From contig CAZMIO010000007.1 in assembly GCA_964566535.1 (NCBI GenBank), positions 1-56,808 of the forward strand: a DNA stretch of 56,808 nt, given 5' to 3'. The notes under the pieces are model-generated. The model made no database searches. It was not told the DNA's origin and worked only from the letters and a program-made list of their open reading frames with translations. Numbering within the stretch: the first letter of the stretch is position 1; every line of letters starts with the position of its first letter. Positions 9,013 through 17,813 of this stretch are shown piece after piece. This DNA is from an uncultured Methanosarcinales archaeon. GTDB taxonomy: Archaea > Nanobdellota > Nanobdellia > Woesearchaeales > CAZOXR01. A program made the position numbers and the translations under genes.

Positions 9013-10476
9013 ATGGGAATAACTATTTTGGATTGTTACACTGATGAGCCTGCCGGATTAGGGGTTCCGCCTTATTTAGGTGTTTATCCTAGATATCTTG
9101 CCGGGAAGTTTATGGCTGATGGTGAAGATGTTAAGTACATTACTATAGACGACCTTAGGTTTCTTAGGAATTATGATTTGGATGATGGGAAGAAGGAAGT
9201 TGGAAGGAAGACGAATATTAAAATTTATAATTTGACTAAGAATATTGGAAAGATTCGGGAGATTCTAGATGGAACAACTAAGTTGATTGTGGTTCTTGGA
9301 GTTCATACCCCGGGGAAATATCTTTCTGGTGTTCCTGGGACTTTGAAAGAAGTTATTTTGCTTATTGATGGGATAAATTGTGAGAAAGTACTGACAGGAC
9401 CTGCTGTTTTTGGGACTCAACTAGAGGGCGGGAAGTTTGCTGAGAAAGTTGACTTAAGTGCGTTTAGCGAAGTTTTTGAGTTTAATTATAAGTATGATGA
9501 GATAAAGGATAGTGCTACCCGGGGCGCTTCTATTGTTAAGCAGATGAATGGCTTGCAGATGATTGAGATTGAGACATCGCATGGATGCCAGAGGGGGAAG
9601 TGTTCTTTTTGTACTGAGCCTCTGAAGTTTAAGTTGGAGTTTAGGGCTCAGAGGGATATTATTGATGAGATGAAGGAGTTCTATAAGTTAGGTAGTAGAT
9701 ACTTTAGACTAGGGAAGCAAAGTTGTTTTTATTCTTATCCTAAGGCTGAGGAGTTGCTTAGAGAGGTTAGGAAAGTTTGTAAAGATATTAAAGTGCTGCA
9801 TATTGATAATGTTAATCCTGTAAATGTTTTGGGTAGGCGAGGGGAGGAGATTACAAAGGCTGTTGTTAAGTATTGTACGAGTGGAAATGTTGCTGCATTT
9901 GGTGCTGAGAGTTTTGATCCTGTTGTTGCCAAGGAGAACGACCTTAATTGTAAAGCGGAGGATGCTTTTTCTGCTGTGAAGATATTAAATAAGTTTGGAG
10001 GGAGTAGAGGGGAGGATGGGATGCCTAAGTTTTTGCCTGGGATAAATCTATTGTTTGGATTGAAGGGAGAGAGTAAGAAAACTCATGAGGCAAATTATTC
10101 GTGGTTGAAGAAAGTTTTGGACTCGGGGTTGCTGCTTAGGAGAATTAATATCAGACAGGTTAGTATTTTTGAGGGGACTCCTATGTTTGATGGTGTTGGA
10201 AATAAATTTTTGAGAAAGAATAAGAAATATTATTGGAAGTGGAGGAATGAGATAAGGCAGAAGATTGATGTTGCGATGATGAAGCGATTATTGCCTACCG
10301 GTTCAGTTTTGAAGAAAGTTAGAGCTGAGATTTATGATGGTAATACTACATTCTGCAGACAGATGGGAACTTATCCTTTGATTACAGGTGTTAAGGGTCG
10401 ATTGGAGTTAGGTAAGTTTTATGATTTAGAGGTTGTTGGGCATATGCTTAGAAGTGTAACTGGGAAGGTTGTTTAG
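9013..10476 (+). CDS. Radical SAM protein with C-terminal TRAM-like domain (COG1031-like)
   Basis: LDCYTDEPAGLGVPPY N-terminus; ETSHGCQRGKCSFC (CX4CX2C) cluster motif; HIDNVNP; RQMGTYP in the C-terminal domain. Confidence 0.85.
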   Translation: MGITILDCYTDEPAGLGVPPYLGVYPRYLAGKFMADGEDVKYITIDDLRFLRNYDLDDGKKEVGRKTNIKIYNLTKNIGKIREILDGTTKLIVVLGVHTPGKYLSGVPGTLKEVILLIDGINCEKVLTGPAVFGTQLEGGKFAEKVDLSAFSEVFEFNYKYDEIKDSATRGASIVKQMNGLQMIEIETSHGCQRGKCSFCTEPLKFKLEFRAQRDIIDEMKEFYKLGSRYFRLGKQSCFYSYPKAEELLREVRKVCKDIKVLHIDNVNPVNVLGRRGEEITKAVVKYCTSGNVAAFGAESFDPVVAKENDLNCKAEDAFSAVKILNKFGGSRGEDGMPKFLPGINLLFGLKGESKKTHEANYSWLKKVLDSGLLLRRINIRQVSIFEGTPMFDGVGNKFLRKNKKYYWKWRNEIRQKIDVAMMKRLLPTGSVLKKVRAEIYDGNTTFCRQMGTYPLITGVKGRLELGKFYDLEVVGHMLRSVTGKVV

Positions 10477-10498
10477 TAGGTTGTAATTTATAATTCTA

Positions 10499-10659
10499 AA
10501 CCAAAAAGTCTTAGGGAATTTTCCAATCCGTTGCGTTTTAAAAAACACAAAGTATTGGAAATCTAAAAATTTTTCAAATTTTTAGGTCATAAAAATCTTA
10601 GTAGATTTTTATAAATCGTAGATTTCCAATCCGTTTTGGTTCTTAAAGAACCAAAAAGT
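10499..10659. repeat. Intergenic cluster of palindromes with internal and flanking direct repeats (REP/MITE-like)
   Basis: Four inverted repeats; TTTCCAATCCGTT occurs twice; flanked by AACCAAAAAGT direct repeats. Confidence 0.6.
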
Positions 10660-10691
10660 TTAAATATAAAGATGTCCAAAATTAGAATAAG

Positions 10692-11270
10692 ATGGCAGAA
10701 TCGGTATTTAGAGGAATAATCTCTTTTTTCGGGGAGATTGGTTTATTTGATGTAGTTTTACCGTTTTTGCTTGTTTTTACGATTGTTTTTGCTATCTTTG
10801 AGAAGACTAAGGTCTTTGGGACAGAGGATATAGATGGTAAGAAATATACTAAGAAGAACCTTAATGCAATGGCTTCTTTCGTTATTTCGTTTTTGGTTAT
10901 TGCTTCTTCGAGATTAGTTGAGATTGTAACAACTGTTTCTTCACAAGTTATTATTTTACTGATGTTGTCTGTCCTATTCTTGTTATTGATTGGGTCTTTT
11001 ATGAGAGAAGGAGATCCTATATTCCTCGAAGGAGGATGGAAAGTATTTTTCATGTTCATTATGTTTATTGGTATTGTGATAATTTTCTTGAATGCTATAA
11101 AGACGCCTGCAGGTGATACTTGGTTGCAGACGTTTTGGGATGTAGTTAGCGGTGGGAAGACAAGCAATGCTATAGGGTCTGTAATTTTAATACTAATCAT
11201 CGTATTTTTTATGATGTTTGTTATGAAGGAGCCTGGTAAAGGCGAAAAAAAAGAATCTGAAAAAAAATAA
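10692..11270 (+). CDS. Multi-pass membrane protein (paralog 1 of 3)
   Basis: GLFDVVLPFLLVFTIVFAIFEKTKVFG N-terminus is similar to the next two ORFs. Confidence 0.85.
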   Translation: MAESVFRGIISFFGEIGLFDVVLPFLLVFTIVFAIFEKTKVFGTEDIDGKKYTKKNLNAMASFVISFLVIASSRLVEIVTTVSSQVIILLMLSVLFLLLIGSFMREGDPIFLEGGWKVFFMFIMFIGIVIIFLNAIKTPAGDTWLQTFWDVVSGGKTSNAIGSVILILIIVFFMMFVMKEPGKGEKKESEKK

Positions 11271-11288
11271 CGAGAGGTGCTTTAGAAA

Positions 11289-11897
11289 ATGGTAAATCCA
11301 TACAATTTTAATAATTTGTTGATATCGTTAGAGCAGTTAGGGTTAAGGACCCTATTGACGTTCTTGTTGATATTTGTGATTATATATTCAATACTGCAAA
11401 AAACAAGAATATTAGGAGAGGAGAAGAAGAGGTTTAATGCAGTTATCTCTTTGATAATTGCGCTGATGGTTGTTGTTCCGCATGCGCTCGGGATATATCC
11501 CAGAGGAATGGATGTGGTGCAGATACTAAATGATGCTATACCGCAAGTGTCTATAGTGATTGTTGCTATAGTAATGTTATTGTTAATTGTAGGAATACTA
11601 GGTGGCGAGAGGAATTGGATGGGCGGAAGCTTATCTGGATGGGTTGCAATTGCTGCGTTTATCTCAATATTGTACATATTTGGTACAGCTGCTGGATGGT
11701 GGGTTGGATGGAGCTGGTTCCAGAATTATTTTGGACCAGATGCAATAGCGATTGTAATAATGCTGTTGATCTTTGCCATAATTGTCTGGTGGATTACTAA
11801 AGACGAAGGAGAGACTAAAGCAAATGCACTTGGTAGGTTCGGAAAGTCATGGCAGGACTTTTTTGGTGGTGGAGGGGGAGGAGGAGCTAATAAGTAA
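11289..11897 (+). CDS. Multi-pass membrane protein (paralog 2 of 3)
   Basis: GLRTLLTFLLIFVIIYSILQKTRILG; SD GAGGTG. Confidence 0.85.
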   Translation: MVNPYNFNNLLISLEQLGLRTLLTFLLIFVIIYSILQKTRILGEEKKRFNAVISLIIALMVVVPHALGIYPRGMDVVQILNDAIPQVSIVIVAIVMLLLIVGILGGERNWMGGSLSGWVAIAAFISILYIFGTAAGWWVGWSWFQNYFGPDAIAIVIMLLIFAIIVWWITKDEGETKANALGRFGKSWQDFFGGGGGGGANK

Positions 11898-11911
11898 TTT
11901 ACCTTGGTAAA

Positions 11912-12427
11912 ATGGCTACATTTTTAGATTTAACCGGGCTAGAACAGTTTTCTAGTATTTTTGTTTTTCTTTTTGTTTGGTTAGCTGTGTGGGCTACTTT
12001 GTCATTTTCTAAGATTTTTGGAGATAATAAAACTGTTAATATCTTGATTGGGTTTGTTATAGGGATATTTGTCTTATTGTCGCCAATTGTTACTGGGGCA
12101 ATTGCATACATTGCGCCTTGGATAGCTTTAGTTTTTGTTTTTATTATGCTTTTGAAGGTTGCTTTGCAGTCTTTTGGAGCAACAGATGCTGATATTTATG
12201 GACCTTTGAAGAATGTTTTTATGGTAGTAATTATCATTGCTTTAGTTGTTGGAGCATTGAGTTATATAAGGGAGAGAACAGTTCTTCCTGGGGAGAATGA
12301 AACTAGTGCGGATTATGACTTTACTAAGACGAGCAACATAATATTTCATCCTAAAATTCTTGGTATGATTATGGTATTTGTTATAGCTATATTTACCATA
12401 GTGTTGTTGGTTGGAAGGGTTAGATAG
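11912..12427 (+). CDS. Multi-pass membrane protein (paralog 3 of 3)
   Basis: FSSIFVFLFVWLAVWATLSFSKIFG...N; same spacing of the K-x-x-G...N motif. Confidence 0.82.
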   Translation: MATFLDLTGLEQFSSIFVFLFVWLAVWATLSFSKIFGDNKTVNILIGFVIGIFVLLSPIVTGAIAYIAPWIALVFVFIMLLKVALQSFGATDADIYGPLKNVFMVVIIIALVVGALSYIRERTVLPGENETSADYDFTKTSNIIFHPKILGMIMVFVIAIFTIVLLVGRVR

Positions 12428-12482
12428 AATAAAAAAATTAATAAAAGATTAGGTATTTCCTCTTGATGGAGGTCAAGTTTAA

Positions 12483-12722
12483 ATGAAAATAAGTGATGTA
12501 ACGTTTAGCAAGGAAGCGAGAGAAGACGTTTTAGAGTTGTATGGAAAAACTATTGATAAAGAGGGGTTTATAGTAGAAAAGGAAAATATGGACCAAAGAG
12601 TCTTAACCCCTAAGGGAGAAGAGATACATGTTGATGAGTGGGGGGGCATAATTAAAGGTTCTGAAGCTTTTGTTAAATCTGACACATTCTCATTAATTGA
12701 ACTTGCAAAAAGATTAGATTGA
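12483..12722 (+). CDS. Small hypothetical protein
   Basis: 79 aa, SD GGAGGT, coupled to the next ORF. Confidence 0.75.
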   Translation: MKISDVTFSKEAREDVLELYGKTIDKEGFIVEKENMDQRVLTPKGEEIHVDEWGGIIKGSEAFVKSDTFSLIELAKRLD

Positions 12723-13549
12723 AAATTCCCAAATTTTTCGACAAGTTAAAAAATATATTTGAAGGTAGATTTGAGAATATTCTATCAAATAATGAAATAA
12801 ATATAAGTCTGTTTAATTTTACAAGGAATTCTCAGGATACTTTAGAAGTGGAAGGAGGAAATAAATTAAATCTTGATTTAAAGAGAGCTACCGCTGAAGA
12901 AAGAAGGTTAATAAAAGAAAATATTATTGATGGAGTAGTTCAAGATGACAAAGATGCATTTTTAAAAGATAATTCTTCTGAGAAAACTAAACAGATTAAA
13001 AATAATCTTCCAAAAGAAAATGATATGGAACTATTGAATTTCTATAAAGACAAACTAAGACCTGATATGTATAAATCACTAGAAGCTTCGCTCGTGGTTC
13101 GTAATTCTTTTAAGAATAAGGAGGATATAAGTGAATTAAAGAAAGATATTGCCCGTAGATATCCTCAATTTGGCAATAATATTTGTAATTTAGTTAGTAG
13201 AGGTTATTTTGATAGTCATTTTAAAGACCTATACTTTAGTATGTTGGAAGATGAAGAGTTCGATATGAGGTTTTATCAAAGAAAAGTTGTAAAGATCGTT
13301 AAATCATTGCCTTATACTGTGTTCATTACGCGCTATAAATCATTTGATGAACTTAGTGGTGAAGTAAGGTTTAAACTTGAAAAATTGAAAAAATATGGTA
13401 CCGGGAAATTACTATTACATGGATTAGGGAGAGAGAATGTTACTACAACATTAAGTATTCTTGATGAATACGAAGAAGAGGACCATATACAGATTGAAAA
13501 AGAGATAAACTCCAATAAAACGATAATTACGGCAACGCTTATTTTCTAA
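12719..13549 (+). CDS. Hypothetical protein, possible C-terminal Alba-like domain
   Basis: 276 aa ORF with TTG start overlapping the upstream TGA; C-terminal VFI...LLLHGLG pattern. Confidence 0.7.
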   Translation: MKIPKFFDKLKNIFEGRFENILSNNEINISLFNFTRNSQDTLEVEGGNKLNLDLKRATAEERRLIKENIIDGVVQDDKDAFLKDNSSEKTKQIKNNLPKENDMELLNFYKDKLRPDMYKSLEASLVVRNSFKNKEDISELKKDIARRYPQFGNNICNLVSRGYFDSHFKDLYFSMLEDEEFDMRFYQRKVVKIVKSLPYTVFITRYKSFDELSGEVRFKLEKLKKYGTGKLLLHGLGRENVTTTLSILDEYEEEDHIQIEKEINSNKTIITATLIF

Positions 13550-14193
13550 ATAATCTTCTTTTTAGGCTTAACGCCTTGAGTTATTCTTGATAGCTTGTTT
13601 ACATTATCTGTAAATGTTGGAAGAATCTTTTGGAAAACTTTTTCCATTGCTTTTATTTCTGTTCCTACATTGACTAAGTTTTGATCATATTCAGTTATCT
13701 TACCGAGAATACCTTTGTGCAATGAGTCAAAGTTTTCCTTTAGATTTTTAATTTCTGTCTCAATTTTTGTTAATCTTGTTTCTGTTTTATGGTTCCACTC
13801 GGATATTTTATTTATATTTTTTAGTAGATCGTTCCACTTTTCATCTATTATTGCTTCTGCTATCTCTTCAATTTGTTCTTTAGATTCTCCACCCATTGCT
13901 TCTTCTGCGCCATATGCTTCTTGTCCTGGTGGAGGCATTCCTGGTGGTGCTCCTGGTTGGGGGGCTTCTGGTTGACCCGGTGGAGGAGGCATTCCTGGCG
14001 GTGCTCCTGGTTGGGGCGCTCCTGCATCTACTTGATTAATTGCATCAAATATTTGATTAGAATTATAACCTTGACCTTGTAAGGACTGGATGATTTGGTC
14101 ATTTGGCATGCCTTGCTGCTTCATAGTCATAATTTGGTCCATTGGTGGTCCTGCTGCAGCTCCCCCTTCCTTTTTTTTACCAAATAAAGCCAT
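13546..14193 (-). CDS. Pro/Gly-rich linker plus coiled-coil hypothetical protein
   Basis: SD GAGGTGA; duplicated APQPGAPPGMPPP; C-terminal heptad coiled coil (EEIAEAIIDEKW...). Confidence 0.8.
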   Translation of the reverse strand: MALFGKKKEGGAAAGPPMDQIMTMKQQGMPNDQIIQSLQGQGYNSNQIFDAINQVDAGAPQPGAPPGMPPPPGQPEAPQPGAPPGMPPPGQEAYGAEEAMGGESKEQIEEIAEAIIDEKWNDLLKNINKISEWNHKTETRLTKIETEIKNLKENFDSLHKGILGKITEYDQNLVNVGTEIKAMEKVFQKILPTFTDNVNKLSRITQGVKPKKKII

Positions 14194-14247
14194 TAAACTA
14201 TCACCTCTTTGTTTTAAATTTGTATCCTATGTATATAAACGTTTTGA

Positions 14248-14679
14248 TTATTTATCAGATGAGGATTTCTTTTTTAAAATCTCTTCAATAATTTGAGTTA
14301 CCTCGTTTCTTGTAACAAAGTTTATTGGTTCCCATAAATTGATGTATTTATTGAGAACTTGTAGCTCTTCTTTTTTTGCTAATGATTGAATCTCTTTTAA
14401 TAACATTAAGATTTTATCCTTTACTTCTAGTAATTCTTTTTTTATTTCGTTTATGTCTAGGTTTATTGTTTTTATTTCAACTGAGACTCTTTTATCTCTG
14501 CTCAGCATATTTTGTTCTGTTATTTGAGTTTTAGTTTGTAGATTTGAGTAACGTTCTTCTAATGTTCTTAGTCTTCGGCTTAAATCTCGTACTTCTGTTG
14601 CTGGGCCTTGCTGAGGTACACCTGGTGGGGCACCTGGAGGGGGTTGTTTTGCGCCGAATGCTAGAGCTGGACCTGCCAT
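14248..14679 (-). CDS. Coiled-coil hypothetical protein
   Basis: 143 aa; RRLRTLEERYSNL coiled coil; KYINLWEPINFVTR C-terminus. Confidence 0.8.
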   Translation of the reverse strand: MAGPALAFGAKQPPPGAPPGVPQQGPATEVRDLSRRLRTLEERYSNLQTKTQITEQNMLSRDKRVSVEIKTINLDINEIKKELLEVKDKILMLLKEIQSLAKKEELQVLNKYINLWEPINFVTRNEVTQIIEEILKKKSSSDK

Positions 14680-14817
14680 GATTCTGTTTTAGATGTTTTG
14701 GTATAATAAAGTTATGCAACTATGCTAAAGTGGTTAACTAATAAGTCAGTATTTTAATCGAAATGTTTATAAACATATTATAAAATATATTAATTAATAT
14801 AGTATATATATTATAAT

Positions 14818-15666
14818 ATGTTTAATATGAGGAAAAAAGGCCAGATTCAGTCAAATGTAATTATGTATGCCTTGTTTATGATAGTTGCAGCTATGATTCT
14901 TTTATTTGGGTACAGCATGATAAAAACTTTCAGAGAGAAGGCTGAGGAGGCTGATATGGCCAGGTTTAGGATGGAGCTTGGAAAGTCAGTAAGGCTGAGT
15001 ACCGGTTATGGTGATGTGAATGAGTTTAGAAGTGATGTTCCTTCTTCTGTTAAGGAGATTTGTTTTTATGACTATAGGTTGGATAAGGATGAGTCTGGTT
15101 TGGATAGGCCTGTATCGCATGGTCTCGAATCAAAACATTCTTTTATAGCCAATAGTGTTGAAGATGGTGTTAAGAGTAATGTATTTTTTATTGGTTCTGG
15201 AGGGATGATTGGAAGTGATTTTGTTGATAAGCTTTCTATTGTTCCGCCGCATTATATTTGTAAGAAGGTTAAGGGCGGTGGTGTTAAGATTTATATGGAA
15301 GGTAAGGGGGATTCTGCTCAGATTGGGAAGTTGATGGTTAAACAGCATATTGCTGGTAGTGGGACTATAAATATAGAAGATGTTGATGGTTTGAGTTTAG
15401 AGGTTCCTAGCGGTTATACAGGAGAGATTACTTTTGGTGTTAAGACAGAGACTGATGATGCACGGATTAGTGATAGTATTGTGATTGAGCCGAGTGGATT
15501 GAGTCTTGGTTCTAATCCCTTCTTGCTTAGGATGCCTTTGCCCGAAGGGGAGGATTGTACTAATTTAGAATTTAAAGCGTTTATAGATAGTGCTTGGAAG
15601 ATTTTTGAAGGAAATTGTGATGAAAGTGGAGAAGGTATTGTTATATTTGAGATTGATCGAACATGA
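14818..15666 (+). CDS. Archaeal type IV pilin-like protein with class III signal peptide
   Basis: MRKKG|QIQSN followed by a hydrophobic helix (VIMYALFMIVAAMILLFGY), upstream of the pilus ATPase. Confidence 0.8.
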   Translation: MFNMRKKGQIQSNVIMYALFMIVAAMILLFGYSMIKTFREKAEEADMARFRMELGKSVRLSTGYGDVNEFRSDVPSSVKEICFYDYRLDKDESGLDRPVSHGLESKHSFIANSVEDGVKSNVFFIGSGGMIGSDFVDKLSIVPPHYICKKVKGGGVKIYMEGKGDSAQIGKLMVKQHIAGSGTINIEDVDGLSLEVPSGYTGEITFGVKTETDDARISDSIVIEPSGLSLGSNPFLLRMPLPEGEDCTNLEFKAFIDSAWKIFEGNCDESGEGIVIFEIDRT

Positions 15667-15681
15667 TAAGGGGTGTTTTTT

Positions 15682-17676
15682 ATGAAAAAAAAATATGTTA
15701 TTGGGATTTTGATTTTAGTTTTCACGAGTTACCTTGTTAGTGGATTAGAAGGTAGTATAGCTCCATCGGATAGTGCTGCAACACCTCCTGGGCCTAGTGA
15801 TCATGATTGGGATGGTGATGGTGTAGTAAATGATAATGACGCTTTTCCTAGGAATCCTCTTGAATGGGCCGATGTTGATTTTGATGGGTTTGGGGATAAT
15901 TGGGATGCTACTTATTTCGAAGTAGGACGTAATGATGGTCCTTCTCAAGATGGTGATGGTGATGGGGATGGTCTGACGAATATAAGGGAGTTTGAGTTAG
16001 GTACTGATCCTAATAATGCTGGTAGCGATCCTTTACAAGTTGTTAGTATAGGGGATGGTAGCGTAATAACAACACCTTCTCCCTCTGGCGAATATACTCC
16101 CTCACCAGATGATAATTCATGCGACTGTCCTGATTTAAACAACGATAACACTGTTAATATGTTTGATTTAGTTCAAGCTGCTTTGGCTATAGGCGATACT
16201 GGAATCTCTGGCTTAGTATGTGTTGCAACAAAATTTGGACAAGACATAAACTGTGGTGATTATGGAACTTCAGGTGGAATCCCTCAAGTAAACTCGCCCC
16301 CTTTTATCCTAGGGGTGGGATTGAGAGTATCAGAGGACGAGCCCTACCTTAAAATTTCTCCTGGAGATGATGGGGGTCGAGGAAACTTACATTATATCTA
16401 TAGGCTCGATGATTCAACTAGTTGGGGTTCGTCAAGGTCATCAGCAATTGATATTTTAGACATAGTTAGTCGTAATCCACGGAAATACCATAGGATGGAT
16501 ATTAAAGCTGTTGATAGCGAAGATTTAGAATCAGATACCTATTCAATAACATTTAATGCAGAAGAAGTTAGAAGATTTGGGCCAAGTATCGATAGGGTTT
16601 GGTTGTCTGAAGGGTCAGTAAGTGCGACAAGAGATAATAGATATGTGAGGATTGATGCTTCTGATGATGAAGATGATCATATTGAACTAAAGTATTATTA
16701 CCGGTTTCCTAATGGAGAGAATGTCTGGAGGGAAAAACAATGGACACCAAGATACACGTTTATTGACGTAACTGATATTGTAAGGGAAGACGATGATAGA
16801 TTTAATTTAATAGAATTAATGGTCGAAGATACTGAAGGGTTTGAATCTGATGTGTATGATTTTGAGTTTAATGATATTATTGGGGAGCGCGCTCTCCTTG
16901 TAGAGCCAGGACTTTCAGTAAGGATGTTAAACCAACAAATAGCAGAGCAATCTACTATAAGTTCAGCATTTCCTGAAGATCCATCTCAATATAGTCCTGC
17001 TGTTAGTGGTGGTGAGCTTACCTATATTCAACCAGGTGGAGGGACAATTAAATCCCAACAAGTTATTGGTGGTGATTTTGTTGCCAGAGAATCTGCGGTT
17101 GTTGAAGATCCAGATGGAAATATTTATTTTTGGCAGCAGACTAACCATCACCAGTTAGATATAATTAACCCTGGTAGGGAATATATTCCTACTGCTGAGA
17201 CATCGATTAATTTCTGGCCTCATGGTGAAATTGAGATGGTTAGATTTCCATTGGATGGTAGTGGAAGGAAGATACCAAGTGTAGATGGTACTGGTTACGC
17301 GATGGATCATTATGGTACTATAATTCTTTCTGATAATTTTAATCAAAAATATTCTTTTGATGAAGGGTATATTTCACAAGTGTCCATTAGTAGAAGTCCA
17401 CTTATGGGGGAGTTTAGCTTATCTGATGGGACTACATACCAAAATACTAGAACGCATACACTTGAAGTTATTTCAGCAAAGCGAACATATGGTAGTATCA
17501 TAATGGCACCAGTAGTTAATGAATTAACATTTCCTGGGGTTATAGAAGTAACTTATAGTGCAGATGGTAAACTTTTAAAGATTATGTGGTTTCATGAGCC
17601 ATTTTCTAGCGATGGTTCACCAAGCGGTGGATTAGATGCGGAAGAAACTATCATATTCGAATCTGATGTTATATGA
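15682..17676 (+). CDS. Secreted acidic protein with TSP3-like Ca-binding repeats and a dockerin-like motif
   Basis: Signal peptide; DWDGDGVVNDNDAFP, DGDGDGLTNIREFELGTDP and PDLNNDNTVNMFDL motifs. Confidence 0.8.
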   Translation: MKKKYVIGILILVFTSYLVSGLEGSIAPSDSAATPPGPSDHDWDGDGVVNDNDAFPRNPLEWADVDFDGFGDNWDATYFEVGRNDGPSQDGDGDGDGLTNIREFELGTDPNNAGSDPLQVVSIGDGSVITTPSPSGEYTPSPDDNSCDCPDLNNDNTVNMFDLVQAALAIGDTGISGLVCVATKFGQDINCGDYGTSGGIPQVNSPPFILGVGLRVSEDEPYLKISPGDDGGRGNLHYIYRLDDSTSWGSSRSSAIDILDIVSRNPRKYHRMDIKAVDSEDLESDTYSITFNAEEVRRFGPSIDRVWLSEGSVSATRDNRYVRIDASDDEDDHIELKYYYRFPNGENVWREKQWTPRYTFIDVTDIVREDDDRFNLIELMVEDTEGFESDVYDFEFNDIIGERALLVEPGLSVRMLNQQIAEQSTISSAFPEDPSQYSPAVSGGELTYIQPGGGTIKSQQVIGGDFVARESAVVEDPDGNIYFWQQTNHHQLDIINPGREYIPTAETSINFWPHGEIEMVRFPLDGSGRKIPSVDGTGYAMDHYGTIILSDNFNQKYSFDEGYISQVSISRSPLMGEFSLSDGTTYQNTRTHTLEVISAKRTYGSIIMAPVVNELTFPGVIEVTYSADGKLLKIMWFHEPFSSDGSPSGGLDAEETIIFESDVI

Positions 17677-17813
17677 AAAAACCAATTTCAGCTACAATTG
17701 AAGAAGAGTTGGTCAAGTGGATTAGTGAGAAGACCAAGGATAAGACTAAGTATAGGAATAAGTCTCATTTGATTGAGATTGCGCTTGAGAAGTTAAAGGA
17801 GGAAGATAAGTAA
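17673..17813 (+). CDS. Ribbon-helix-helix (CopG/Arc-like) DNA-binding protein, 46 aa
   Basis: Below the ORF-track cutoff. MKKPISATIEEELVKWISEKTKDKTKYRNKSHLIEIALEKLKEEDK; overlaps the upstream stop (ATGA) and the ATPase start (TAATG). Confidence 0.8.
   Translation: MKKPISATIEEELVKWISEKTKDKTKYRNKSHLIEIALEKLKEEDK

Noticed and set aside
14730..14817. AT-rich stretch as a replication origin
   Set aside because: No ORB-like repeats or adjacent cdc6/orc1; it is explained by divergent promoters.
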